From Takakia lepidozioides (lineage: Eukaryota; Plantae; Bryophyta), in assembly GCA_030704615.1 (NCBI GenBank), contig CM060732.1:75206001-75270000 (forward strand): a DNA stretch of 64,000 nt, in the 5' to 3' direction. Below are positions 26,304-38,000 of the stretch, piece after piece. How positions within the stretch are numbered: the first letter of the stretch is position 1; the number at the start of each line of letters is the position of its first letter. The notes below the pieces were generated by a model. It searched no databases and was not told where the DNA came from. It saw only the letters and a list, made by a program, of their open reading frames with translations. The position numbers and the translations under genes were made by a program.

Positions 26304-28315
26304 GGGATATAGAGGGTCACAGAGGGTTACATGGTGGTGAGGGTTACAGAGGGTCAGAGAGGGTTACATGGAATGAGGGTTACATACGGGTGAGGGTAAC
26401 ACTCTGCGGTGTTACAGAGGGTTACATGGTGGTGAGGGTTACAAAGGGTCACAGAGGGTTACATGGGTTACAGAGGGTTACATGGAGTGAGGGTTACATA
26501 AGGGGTGAGGGTGACATTCTACGGTGTTACAGAGGATTACATGGGTTACAAAGCCACGGAGGGTCACAGGGTTACATGGAGTGAGGGTTACATGGGGATG
26601 AGGGTGACACTCTGCGGTGTCACAGAAGGTTACATGGAGGTAAGGGTTACACCTGGTGAGGGATATAGAGGATCACAGAGGGTTACATGGGTTACAGAGG
26701 GTTACATGGTGGTGAGGGTTACAGAGGGTCACAGAGGGTTACATACGGGTGAGGGTGACACTCTGCGGTGTTACAGAGGGTTACATGGTGGTGAGGGTTA
26801 CAAAGGGTCACAGAGGGTTACATGGGTTACAGAGGGTTACATGGAGTGAGGGTTACATAAGGGGTGAGGGCGACACTCTGCGGTGTTACAGAGGGTTACA
26901 TAGGTTACAAAGCCACAGAGGGTTTGTGAGGGTTATATGGGGACGAGGGTGACACTCTACGGTGTTACAGAGGGTTACATGATGGTAAGGGTTACACCTG
27001 GTGAGGGATATAGAGGGTCATAGAGGGTTACATGGGTTATAGAGGGTTACATGGTGGTGAGGGTTACAGAGGGTCAGAGAGGGTTATATGGAATGAGGGT
27101 TACATACGGGTGAGGGTGACACTCTGCGGTGTTACAGAGGGTTACATGGTGGTGAGGGTTACAAAGGGTCACAGAGGGTTACATGGAGTGAGGGTTACAT
27201 AAGGGGTGCGGGTGACACTCTACGGTGTTACAGAGGATTACATTGGTTACCGAGCCACGGAGGGTCACAAAGGGTTACATGGAGTGAGGATTACATGGAG
27301 TGAGGGTTACATGGGGATGAGGGTGACACTCTGCGGTGTCACAGAGGGTTACATGGAGGTAAGGGTTACACCTGATGAGGGATATAGAGGGTCACAGAGG
27401 GTTACAGAGGGTTACATGGTGGTGAGGGTTACAGAGGGTCAGAGAGGGTTACATGGTGGTAAGGGTTACACCTGGTGAGGGATATAGAGGGTCACAGAGG
27501 GTTACATGGGTTACAGAGGGTTACATGGTGGTGAGGGTTACAGAGGGTCAGAGAGGGTTACATGGAATGAGGGTTACATACGGGTGAGGGTGACACTCTG
27601 CGGTGTTACAGAGGGTTACATGGTGGTGAGGGTTACAAAGGGTCATAGAGGGTTACATGGGTTACAGAGGGTTACATGGAGTGAGGGTTACATAAGGGGT
27701 GAGGGCGACACTCTGCGGTGTTACAGAGGGTTACATGGGGTACAGAGCCATAGAGGGTTTGTGAGGGTTACATGGAGTGAGGGTGATATGGGATGAGGGT
27801 GACACTCTGCGGTGTCACAGAGGGTTTGTGAGGGTTACGGAGGGTTACATGGTGGCGAGGGTGACACTCTGCGGTGTTACAGAGGGTTACATGGTGGTAA
27901 GGGTTACACTTGGTGAGGGATATAGAGGGTCACAGAGGGTTACATGGGTTACAGAGGGTTACATGGTGGTGAGGGTTACAAAGGGTCAGAGAGGGTTACA
28001 TGGAGTGAGGGTTACATACGGGTGAGGGTGACACTCTGCGGTGTTACAGAGGGTTACATGGTGGTGAGGGTTACATGGGTTACAGAGGGTTCAGAGGGTT
28101 ACATGGAGTGAGGGTTACACTCTGCGGTGTTACAGAGGGTTACATGGGTTACATGGGTTGCAAAGTGTTACAGAGGGTTACATGTAGTGAGGGTTACATA
28201 GGGGTGGGGGTGACACTCTGCGGTGTTATAGAGGGTTACATGGGTTACAGAGGGTTACATGGTGGTGAGGGTTACAGAGGGTCATGGGGTTATATGGGTT
28301 ACAGAGGGTTACATG
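26243..28315 (+). repeat. Right modular subterminal array, G-rich GGGTTACA units
   Basis: Reverse-complement counterpart of the left array with the same modules (GAGGGTGACACTCTGCGGTGTTACA etc.). Confidence 0.95.
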
Positions 28316-28574
28316 GGGGTGATGGTTGAACCCGGGGCGGGGGTTACAGGGAACTGGCGGACTGCTGGAAGCGGCGGACTGGTGTCGCAGAACGACAACG
28401 CAGGGGGCGACGACGACGCCGATGGGATGAGGGCGGGGGTGGGGAGGGATTGACCGAGCCCAGCCGGTTGCCTTTCGATGTCTGCCGGAGGCGAAGAACC
28501 GGCGGTACAGGTGTCAGGGCTGGACCGTCCTGACGCGCTTGCATTAAGTTCTTACATTATTCCTATTATCTTCC
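28316..28574 (-). repeat. Right TIR, unique outer part
   Basis: Reverse complement of 10487-10745, followed directly by the TSD. Confidence 0.95.
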
Positions 28575-28654
28575 TATTGTTGCAGTAGGTCAATAGCCAA
28601 CAATCAAGTGGGCGAAACAAAGCTAAGTAGGCGAAACAAAATGAACTATGACTA

Positions 28655-28979
28655 CCATACTCACCTAGCTTATTAGGCACCGTGCCTAATAATTCATAAA
28701 AATGGAATATTATTATGCAGATTTGTTTTTATTATTTAGGCACCTCACCTAGGGAATTTTCAAACATTAGGCATGTATTACAGTCGACCTTGGATAATAA
28801 TGAACAATTGTGTTCTTTCCACATATTTGGACATTTTGGTATTTTTCATAATTTTCGAGCAATTAGGTACTTCTCAAGAAAATTTTCCAAGTTTTAGGCC
28901 TATTTTCCAAAAATGTTCTAAATTTAATTAGGCACTTGATTTTGAATTAATTATTGCCTAATAAGCTAGGTAAGTACGG
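28655..28979. mobile_element. MITE, probably Tc1/mariner-pogo type (325 bp)
   Basis: 25-bp TIRs CCATACTCACCTAGCTTATTAGGCA / TGCCTAATAAGCTAGGTAAGTACGG (2 mismatches). Flanked by TA (28653-28654) and TG (28980-28981, possibly a mutated TA). AT-rich non-coding interior. Confidence 0.7.
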
Positions 28980-30796
28980 TGCTTTCACATGTTAGGGACT
29001 GCTACGAAATGACACATCACATGATAAAAAAATACAACAATTAATCATTAAGACCAAACACGTGTAGTTTATGCTCACATCAGGAAGCATTTCAAAAAGT
29101 TTCCCATTTCATATGGAGTGAGCAGATTTTAGTTTCGCCTTAGAATCTTCTATGAATATTCTTGGAGTTTTGGTATATCCTCTTATGCTGGCTTGAGCAT
29201 GCTCGCTGAGGCATGAGCCTACTATGCATATGCTACCCAACCTCCCTCATGGGCTCCCTCTTTTCCTTATTTGCTTTGCTTCCTTTTTGGTTCTTAAGTT
29301 CTCACCCTCTTGTGGGCTTGTTCACTGGCTGTGCCCCGTTGTAGAGCCTTCACGGCTCCTATCAAGGTTATTTTTTCCTCGCTCATCTTTTAATGCAATT
29401 TCAAGGCTACCATCCATTTTCTTTATTGGCCCTGCCCGATAGGGTAGGGACTACACATCAAGTTGGCCAAAGTGACCTTAACCTTATATCATGGGTTGTT
29501 CCCATGAGACTTAATGGGAACATGAAAGTTTTTAGTTCCCAATTGGGCACAAGTTACACTCATTTTTTCATTTTTTGTTGGCCTTGAGCAGTGACTACAT
29601 TAGCATGCATGAAGTACCTTATACCTCGAGTGGGTCCAGCTGGCACCGCTCCTTATGTTTTTAATGTCTTCTATTCGTGGCTGAATGTCTATGTATATTC
29701 ATCTATTCATAGATCAAATGATAATATGTGTTTATATCCCAAGTGTCACATATTCTTTATGGCCTCAGAATTTTGTGTGGCCTCGTCATAATGAGGCTGG
29801 TCAGACGATGGGGCCCGCCGTCTCATTAATATAGGAGCAAACTACTTTCATGCAGGGAGGACTTAGAATTTTTTTGGGATATGAAATTTACAACTACCTC
29901 CATGCAGGTAGTTTTAGGATTTTCTACATGAAGGTAGTGGCAAAACCAAGTTGAAACTACATGTATGAGAGTAGTTACATACCCACCACCTCCATGGAGG
30001 TAGTTGTAGTCAACGCCTACCACCGGATCTACACATTCAGGGAGTGGAACTCGAGACCTGCATCGCCAGATCGCCATCGACCTACCACCAAACCACAACC
30101 TCCATTCGTGACTACATAGTGCCGTTTCTTTCATATACTAGGGCTTCGCGTTGCTCCGCACTACTAACGACGAATTCTGAGAACTAAGTTCAATTTTTCA
30201 CAAAAAAGGGCTGGGTCATCCCCACGGTGTTTACATGCAGAGATCCCTTGTTTTGTTTTTTCCTGGAAGAAACATGGCGGATCTGCATCTCAACGTTCAA
30301 TTTTCACAAGCCACATCAATCAATAACAACATACCCAAATACCCTTCCATTTGCTATATGAACTTTCAAGCATCCACCGTGGGATTGGATCTTGGTGGGT
30401 TAAGGCTAGCTTTTGACAATATTCATGTAAGTTCATCAAGGGCTCCATCCAAAGCCACACCACGAGAAACAACAAACATGTCCAAATTTAAGATGTTGAA
30501 CAAACTTGTGCACAGGGCTGCCCCTCTCAGCAAGCTCATTAAAATTCGTATTCACTTCCATCTTCAAGCTTTGGAGAAGTTCCACCACCCAAACCCAGAA
30601 TTAGGACAGCACTCTGATTTCCATCCACTGTCACCAGAATCAGTCAAAAATCACCCCTTCAGTCAAGTGCAATTGTGGGTTGACTTCCTACCTTTGCCGG
30701 GTAGACCCCACTATTAGGAAATGGTGGATGGTCTGAGTAGCTACACAGATCAAGGAATGAAGCAAGACACTAGCATCTTTCCAAGAAAACATCCTT

Positions 30797-33700
30797 TCAC
30801 CAGTAATCACCACAAGAACAAATCCCATCTTCAAAGTGGTGGAAAGTAGTTAGCGTCCCATACAACAATTGCTCGGCCAACAATCTTTGAGATGAATTTG
30901 GTGGAGGTGTGGCAGTCTCCACACACTCGAAGATTCTTGATGAGTCATGCTGATCAGCCCAAAACCAATGGCAAGCTTCTCACTGTGGTGGCTAAGAGAA
31001 AATTCTTTTCCTCCACATCATGCAATAAAAAACGTGTGTCAGGCACATACCCCGCCTCCTTCATCTGCCCAGACAAACTTCTCAGCTCAGCATGGATTTC
31101 CTTAATTTTGGGATGCAACTTGTCATTTGGCTCCTTTTTAACCCCTCTGACCTTCATCATTCTTCTCACCTTTGCAGTATCATCCACTTGCCAGCTGCAA
31201 CATGGATGTTTGATATAGCACCACATAAGTCGTGGCATCCTGTTCATCCCACTTGAGGATAGATGTTGCCACACATTCAGCCATCTCCACATTGCCATGG
31301 ATTCTACAGGCACCAAGCAAGGCCTTCCACACCACAACATCTGGATTGATTGGCATTTTATTAATCAGGTCCACTGCCTCATCGAGTTGTCCCGCACGTC
31401 CAAGAAGGTCCACCATGCAGCCAAAGTGCTTCACTGTCAGATTGATACCATGATCTTCACTCAGGGAATCGAAGTAGCATCTTCCTTCATTCAGTAGGTC
31501 AGTGTGGCTGTAGGCAGAGAGAACACATATAAAGGTGATACTGTCCAGCTTCAAGCCTTTCTTTTACATTTCTTCAAATAGTTGTTGGACCTTCCTATGA
31601 CAACCATGTTGGGCATATCATGCGATCATCGCATTCCACGACACCACATTTCATTCAGCCATATTGTCAAATACTCCCTTTGCATCCTCATTGCAGTCAC
31701 ATTTCGCATACAAGTGAACCAGGGCAGTGTCCAAAATGACATTTGGTACAATTCCAGCTTTGATGATGTCACCATGAACCTCTTTGCCCTTTTCCAGGAC
31801 TGCCAGGCTTGCACACGCATTGCAAATGCACACAAACGTGATGTGGTCGGGCTTCACCCCTTCCCCCAGGCCTCCATCCCGCACCCCTGTTGTGCATATC
31901 CTACAAGCATGGCGTTCCATGACACCAAATCTCGTTCAGCCATATTGTTGAACACTCCCACCACATCCTCAATGCTCCCACATTTGGCATACATGTCTAC
32001 GACGGTATTGTTCAGAATCACATTTGGTACAATTCCAGCTTTGGCGATGCAACCATGCACCTCTTTGCCCTTTTCCAGGGCTGCCAGGCTTGCACATGCA
32101 TTGCAAATACAAACAAATCTGATGTGGTTGGGCTTCACCCCTTTGCGCAGAATCTGCTCATAGGTCTCAAAAGCATTCCTACCACACCCATGCTTGGTAA
32201 ATCTTGCCAACATTATATTCCACGTAATCAAGATCGTTGAGGCATTCTGTTGAATGCTTCCGCATCTTTTGCTCATAGGTCCCCAAAGCCTCCATCCCAC
32301 ACCCATGTTGGGCATATCCTGTGATCATCGCATTTCACGACACCACATCCCGTTCAGCCATGTTGTCAAATACTCTCTTTGCAACCTTCATGCTCCCGCA
32401 TTTCGCATACATGTCAACAAGGCTATTGTTCAAAATCAGATTTGGTACAACTCCAGCTTTCATATGTCAGCATGGACCTCTTTGCCGTTTTCCAGGGCTG
32501 CCAGTCGCGCACAAGCCTTGAGAATGCAAACAAATGTGACCTGATCGGGCATCACCCCTTGTTGTATCAGTTGATCATATGTCTCGAAGGCATTCCTACC
32601 ACAACCATGCTTGGTATATCCTGCTACCATATTGTTGAACACTAGACAGGCCTCCCTTACACTCCCATATTTGGCATACATGTTAACAAGGGCAGTCTCC
32701 CAATTACTGTATGACGAAACTCCAGCTTTGATAATGTCAGCATGGATATCTTTGCCCTTCTCCACGGCCACCATGCTGGCACCAACATTGAGAACACAAA
32801 TGAATGTGGCTTGCACACGCATTACAAATGCACACAAACGTGATGTGGTCGGGCTTCCCCCCTTCCCCCATCATGGACCTCTTTGCCCTTTTCCAGGGCT
32901 GCCAGGCTTGCACAAGCATTGCAAACGCTCACAAACGTGATGTGGTTGCATTTCACCCCTTCCCCCATCATTTGCTCATAGGTATGATCCAAGGCCTCCA
33001 TCCCGCGCCCCTGCTGTGCATACCCTGTAAGCATCACGTTCCATGACAACAAATCTCGTTCAGCCATATTGTTGAACACTCCCTCCACATCCTCAATGCT
33101 CCCACATTTGGCATACATGTCCACCAGGGTATTGTTCAGAATCACATCTGTACAATTCCAGCTTTGGCGATGCAACCATGCACCTCTTTGCCCTTTTCCA
33201 GGGCTGCAGGCTTGCACACGCACTGCAAACGCACACAAACGTGATGTGGTCACGCTTCACCCCTTCCCCCATCATTTGCTCATAGGTCTCCAAGTCCTCC
33301 ATCCCACGCCCTGCCGTGCATATCCTGCAAGCATCACGTTCCACGACAACAAATCTCGTTCGGCCATATTGTTGAACACTCCCTCTGCATCCTCAATGCT
33401 CCCACATTTGGCATACATGTCCACCAGGGCAGTATTCAGGATCACACCTGGTACAATTCCTGCTTTGGCGATGCAACCATGCACCTCTTTGCCCTTTTCC
33501 AAGGCTGCCAGGCTTGCACACGCATTGCAAACGCACACAAACGTGATATGGTCGGGCTTCACCCCTTCCCCCATCATTTGCTCATAGGTCTCCAAGGCCT
33601 CCATCCCACGCCCCTGTTGTGCATACCCCTGCAAGCATGGCGTTCCACGACTCCACATCTCGTTCAGCCATGATGTTGAAATTAACTCCCTTCATATCCT

Positions 33701-33987
33701 CGATGCTCCCACATTTCGCATATATGTCCACAAAGGGATTGTTCAGGATGACATCTGGTACAATTCCAGCTTTGACGATGTCACCATGGACTTCTTTCCC
33801 CTTTTCCAGGGCTCCCAGGCTTGCACACGCATTGCAAACGCACACAAATCTGATGTGGTTGGTTTTCACCCCTTCCCCCATCATTTGCTCATAGGTCTCC
33901 AAAGCCTCCCTACTGTGCATACCCTGCAAGCATCGCGCTCCACGACACCACATCTTGTTGAAAACTGCCTTTGCATCCTTAATACAC
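30797..33987 (-). pseudogene. PLS-class PPR-E-DYW RNA-editing factor, heavily frameshifted, 5' part cut off by a Gypsy insertion
   Basis: Repeated P-L-S triplets (TALVDMYAKCGSIEDA..VFNNMAERD..SWN.MLAGYAQ.G.G.EALETYEQM..EGVKPDHITFV). E domain VVWKALLGACRIHGN, GYVPDT, HSEKLAIGFGLI, RVCGDCH and terminal [15 protein letters not shown] at 30797-30840. Many indels split it into short ORFs. Confidence 0.92.
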
Positions 33988-34158
33988 TGTCGTGCGCATA
34001 CATATCGTACACAACTACATCGCTGTCCAAAACCACACAACACATAGTATACCACTAGTCCACCACTAGGCCAGCCACTAGTCCAACCACTAGGCTACAA
34101 CTAGTCAGTCACTAGGCTGCCACTATGCTGCCCACTATGGCAGTCACTAGTCCACACA
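33988..34158 (-). repeat. 3' LTR of Gypsy copy 1 (171 bp) with internal CTAGTGG-like mini-repeats
   Basis: Begins TG right after the PPT and ends ...TATGCGCACGACA. The last ~55 bp match 53081-53135, and similarity stops exactly after CA in both copies. Confidence 0.75.
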
Positions 34159-34418
34159 ATCGCCCCCCTAGCTGGTGCTTAGGTCCCTCTAAGTCCAGGT
34201 AGCCACAAGATGTGATAGTGACCATAGCCTCACTAAGTCCTCCACCACTATCCCTACTACACTCAAACTCGATAAATCAAGAGGTCGGGTGCAAGAGTTG
34301 CCCCATCGTTAGTCGCCGTCTTGCAACCTGTGAACTTGAGCTTGGGATCTCATGTATTGACTCCTATGAGCTTGGCCTCCCATGTCTTGTTAGCTGCCTC
34401 CAGTCATGTCCACTGCCA

Positions 34419-35480
34419 CTATCCCAAGCAGTGTGGACACAACCAATCTCCGTCAGGAACCTTCTCAAGAGGTGATGTCAAGCATCCCATATGCCAACCC
34501 TTTGAGCTTCGATCACACACCAGCATGGTGGCTGCCTCTTTGGCAGACCCACAGAGCATGCACCTCAAACTTGCAGGTACCACTGCCAAGTTTGGGTCAA
34601 CTTTGCCATCGACATTGGGAAGGTGACATGGCGCACAATTACGCACATGGTCCTTCCAAGTCATGCCATCCCGACCCTCCAAGATCAGGACCCCTGAGGG
34701 CAACATCTTTCGAACCCTCAGAATAACACACCCTGCAGTAACATCCAAAGTCGTAGGAGCAGTCTGCTGCAAATAAACATAGTCACCAGGGCTAAACCTC
34801 CGACCCCCAGGACGATATCCTCCACCACGTATAGTGGCATACCTCAACGTATCACGGTGTTGTGCAATGGCAAGGTTCTCAAAAGCCATGGGCATGACTT
34901 TCTTGAACAACTCTGTACGCTGATCACATGCACGTACCCACACGTCCGGATCGTCAAGGTTAAGGACTTGAGCAGTGTCCCTACGAATGGCTGCAGGCAA
35001 ATCCGGCTCTCGGCCAAAGAGAAGGAAATATAGTGAGAAGGAGGCAAGTGATGCTTGTTTGCTGAACCTGTAGCCCATGGCTAACCAAGGAACCTGAAGA
35101 TCCCAATCTCCTAGGTGTCCCTTCTGCAAGCCATACTTGCGCAAACCCCTCTTCACCATCTGAATAACTCTCTCTGCTAAGCCATCGGCCTCAGGATGAT
35201 CCCGAGAAGTGGTGCGGTGGTCTATCAAGGCTTTATCACACAAATTTTGAAACTCCCCCAAGAACTCTCTCCCTTGGTCCGTGAGTACCTCAGCTGGAGC
35301 ACCAAATCGGCTAAGCACACGATCCAAGAATGCATACGCAGCCCCCTCACTAGCCTTGTCAGGCAATGGAACCAACTCAATCCACTTGGAGAAGTGCTCC
35401 ACCATCACCAACACATATCTGTGGTGGCGCATAGTCAGTGGCAACGGTCCTGCGAAGTCAAGACTCCACCTGTAGCCCAA
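34419..35480 (-). CDS. Integrase core + SH3-like segment + C-terminal PHD finger (copy 1, continuous frame)
   Basis: SLDFAGP..VLTDQGREF..GLAERVIQ (D,D,E), then FSPGDYVYL, then CMLC..CDRS..WHMGCL.SPLEKVPDGDWLCPHC (one PHD Cys replaced by Ser). Confidence 0.9.
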   Translation of the reverse strand: MGYRWSLDFAGPLPLTMRHHRYVLVMVEHFSKWIELVPLPDKASEGAAYAFLDRVLSRFGAPAEVLTDQGREFLGEFQNLCDKALIDHRTTSRDHPEADGLAERVIQMVKRGLRKYGLQKGHLGDWDLQVPWLAMGYRFSKQASLASFSLYFLLFGREPDLPAAIRRDTAQVLNLDDPDVWVRACDQRTELFKKVMPMAFENLAIAQHRDTLRYATIRGGGYRPGGRRFSPGDYVYLQQTAPTTLDVTAGCVILRVRKMLPSGVLILEGRDGMTWKDHVRNCAPCHLPNVDGKVDPNLAVVPASLRCMLCGSAKEAATMLVCDRSSKGWHMGCLTSPLEKVPDGDWLCPHCLG

Positions 35481-36989
35481 TCCATGATTGGTAAATGATG
35501 CAACTGTGGTGTAGGGGCGTTGAATGAAGCACGCACCCTGTCACACACCATGCACCTAGCCACGAACTGTTGCACCTCTGTATGTATACCACGCCACCAA
35601 TACTGCCCTTGCAGTAAACTGTGAGTGCGTCGCACTCCAAAATGCCCCAACTCCTCATGGACATGTCGCACTAACCGTGCACGCTATGTGGGGTGAGGCA
35701 CAATCCTCACCCGACCATCCTCCCACACTCGAAGTAGGTGTATCCCTCCCACTTGAACCTCTTGGCTCGTTGCAGGATCTGATCCTCTCCCTGGCAGTCA
35801 CAGTGGCTGCCGTGTCTCCCGTGCGGAGGTAGTCCAACACAGCCGAATCCTCATGTATATCTCTGGCACCACTTGGCTCATCACTAGCCTCAGGGTCCTC
35901 AGACACTCCGTCTACAGTCATCCCTGTTGTAGGTCCAACCTGACCTCCCGATGCAAGATACACAAAAATGCAGATGCGTGCCATCCCGACACCATCTCCT
36001 CGTCCGTCTCACCATGCCACCGAGCTCCAGTGTCATCCTGCTGACTCATGCATGGATTACGACTCAATCCATCCGCATCCCGATTGACCAAACCTGGTTG
36101 ATGCACAACCTGAAAGTCATACTCCTGGAGTATGAGTGCCCACCATGCAAGCTTCCCCGTAAGCTTGTCTGACTCCATCAACCACTTGAGTGGCTGGTGA
36201 TCCGTGACAAGGGTGAAAAGATTGCCGTATAGATAGAAGTGTGCCACGGCCCACACTGCAGCTAAGCACTCTCCCTCATATGAGCTGTACTTAGCCTCTG
36301 CAGCGTTGTTCGAGCGGCTAACATAAGCCACCACTACAAACTCTCTTCCCTCATCATCCACCGTTGTGAGCACCGCTCCAAGCCACAGCATGCTCCAATC
36401 CGTATGCAGCTGAAAGGGACGCCCCCTGATAGGTCGTCTCAGGATAGGCGCCGAGGTCAACCTTGCCTTGAGCTCTTGAAAAGCTTGTTCCTACTCATCT
36501 TCTCACTGCCAATCCTGGTCCACCTTGGTCAGCTTGGTTAGAGCTTTTGCAATGGTACTAAATCCCTTGGCAAACCGTCAAACTGAAGGCAAAGCAATTC
36601 CTGTAAGCCCTCAGGAACCGCCGTATACGTCGTCTCTTCCTCCGGTGACAATGGGTCCAATGTCAGGCTCCCAATTGTCCTCCTGTAACTGCAACCTTAA
36701 GTCCAGTGGGCTTAGAGGTAGAGGACGCGTCCAGTGGTTGCTATGTTGCAACCTCTTGGAGCAGTACTCCCTGCCTGCTCAGTCAATGACAGGCCTCATC
36801 CTGCCCCATCATCTCATCCTCGAGGACCTCCTCAACCCGAAGAAGAATCCCAACCTCATCCATCACAGCCGCCTTGGCTGCCACCTCCCTCTGAACCTCG
36901 AGCACCTCCCACGGTGTGCCTGGATGCATGCACCCATGGTCCTCACATGCTCGCCCCCACTCACTGCCTGTACCGTCTCGGTAGGCAGA

Positions 36990-38000
36990 GAGACCATCGA
37001 GGGAAGTATACTCCGCACTCTGCGTTGCTCAGCCAGAGCCAAGCTGATAATCCAGGTCAAGCAATTGAGATCCATTGCTTGCCCCAACACTTGACGATGT
37101 GATGCCTCAGAAAGAGACGACACCGCCGTGGTACTAGTGGTAAAAACCATTGCCCGCTCACGCTCGTCAGCATTAGGCTCCACTAACTGCTGCAACTGAG
37201 CATCCCACAGGAGGCCAGGTCCACTATCCCGGAAAGCATGCGATCCTGGGAAGCTGAGCAGTGTAGGTAATGCTGACTCGGTGGTTGACACCACCTTGTT
37301 TACCATGGCCAAAGGCGACATGGTCATCGTGTCTCACACGCTGAGACTGCCTTCTGTGTCCAGAATGCTATCCACTGTGAGATGTGCTGGCCGCTGCACA
37401 ACCCATCAAATGCACGCTTGAGCAGTGCGGGTGACATCAGTTAGTCCACCATAGCCGTGGACGATGAGCCCGTGACCCCACTGTAGCTGCATCTAGCAAC
37501 ACTGCTGACCCAAGCCATGACCGGGACTTGATGCACACTGGCCATCACCCTGGCCCGAGAATCGCCCATCAGGGGCACATTCTCCAAGATGTATGCTGGA
37601 GATATAGCTTGACGAAGCTGCAAGTGGCGCCAAACCCGCACATCTCCCAAAACAGACCCGACCTCGAGTCTCGCAATCCATTGTCATGCCCAGCTGATGA
37701 ATGCCCTTGGCAGGGCCAACCTGCCACTAACCAGATCAATGGAGCCAACCCGCTCAAATCCTGCGCCCCAACAACGAAATGTCTGCTAGCAAGGCCTGCT
37801 GATATCCATGAATTGCAGACACTGACAACAACTCAGGGGGTACCGCCACCAACTGAGCAAAATGGCGAAGTGAAACACATCGTGCAGTCTCATCCCTCTC
37901 CACATACAGGTAACGCCGAACTCGTAATATGCCTGTAACACAGCAGCCAATCCGGTGCTGATCCCGCCACAAAGTCCAGGAAGAAAAATGCCTTCATCCG
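36990..38000 (-). pseudogene. C5 cytosine DNA methyltransferase domain (copy 1, frameshifted)
   Basis: Motifs IV (VAGWPCQG), VI (ENV), VIII (HRPR), IX and X are recognisable across frames. The motif I region near the gap is indel-rich. Confidence 0.88.

Larger units (their letters stand above)
10487..28574. mobile_element. Foldback-like Mutator-like element (MULE), 18,088 bp
   Basis: Termini GGAAGATAATAGGAATAATG... and ...CATTATTCCTATTATCTTCC are inverted repeats. Identical 9-bp TSD TATTGTTGC at 10478-10486 and 28575-28583. Encodes a MULE/SWIM transposase and a Ulp1-like gene. Confidence 0.96.

Noticed and set aside
30130-30170. Possible Helitron 3' end (CTAG with GC-rich neighbour)
   Set aside because: The hairpin stem is poor, and no 5' TC end or Rep/Hel sequence was found.
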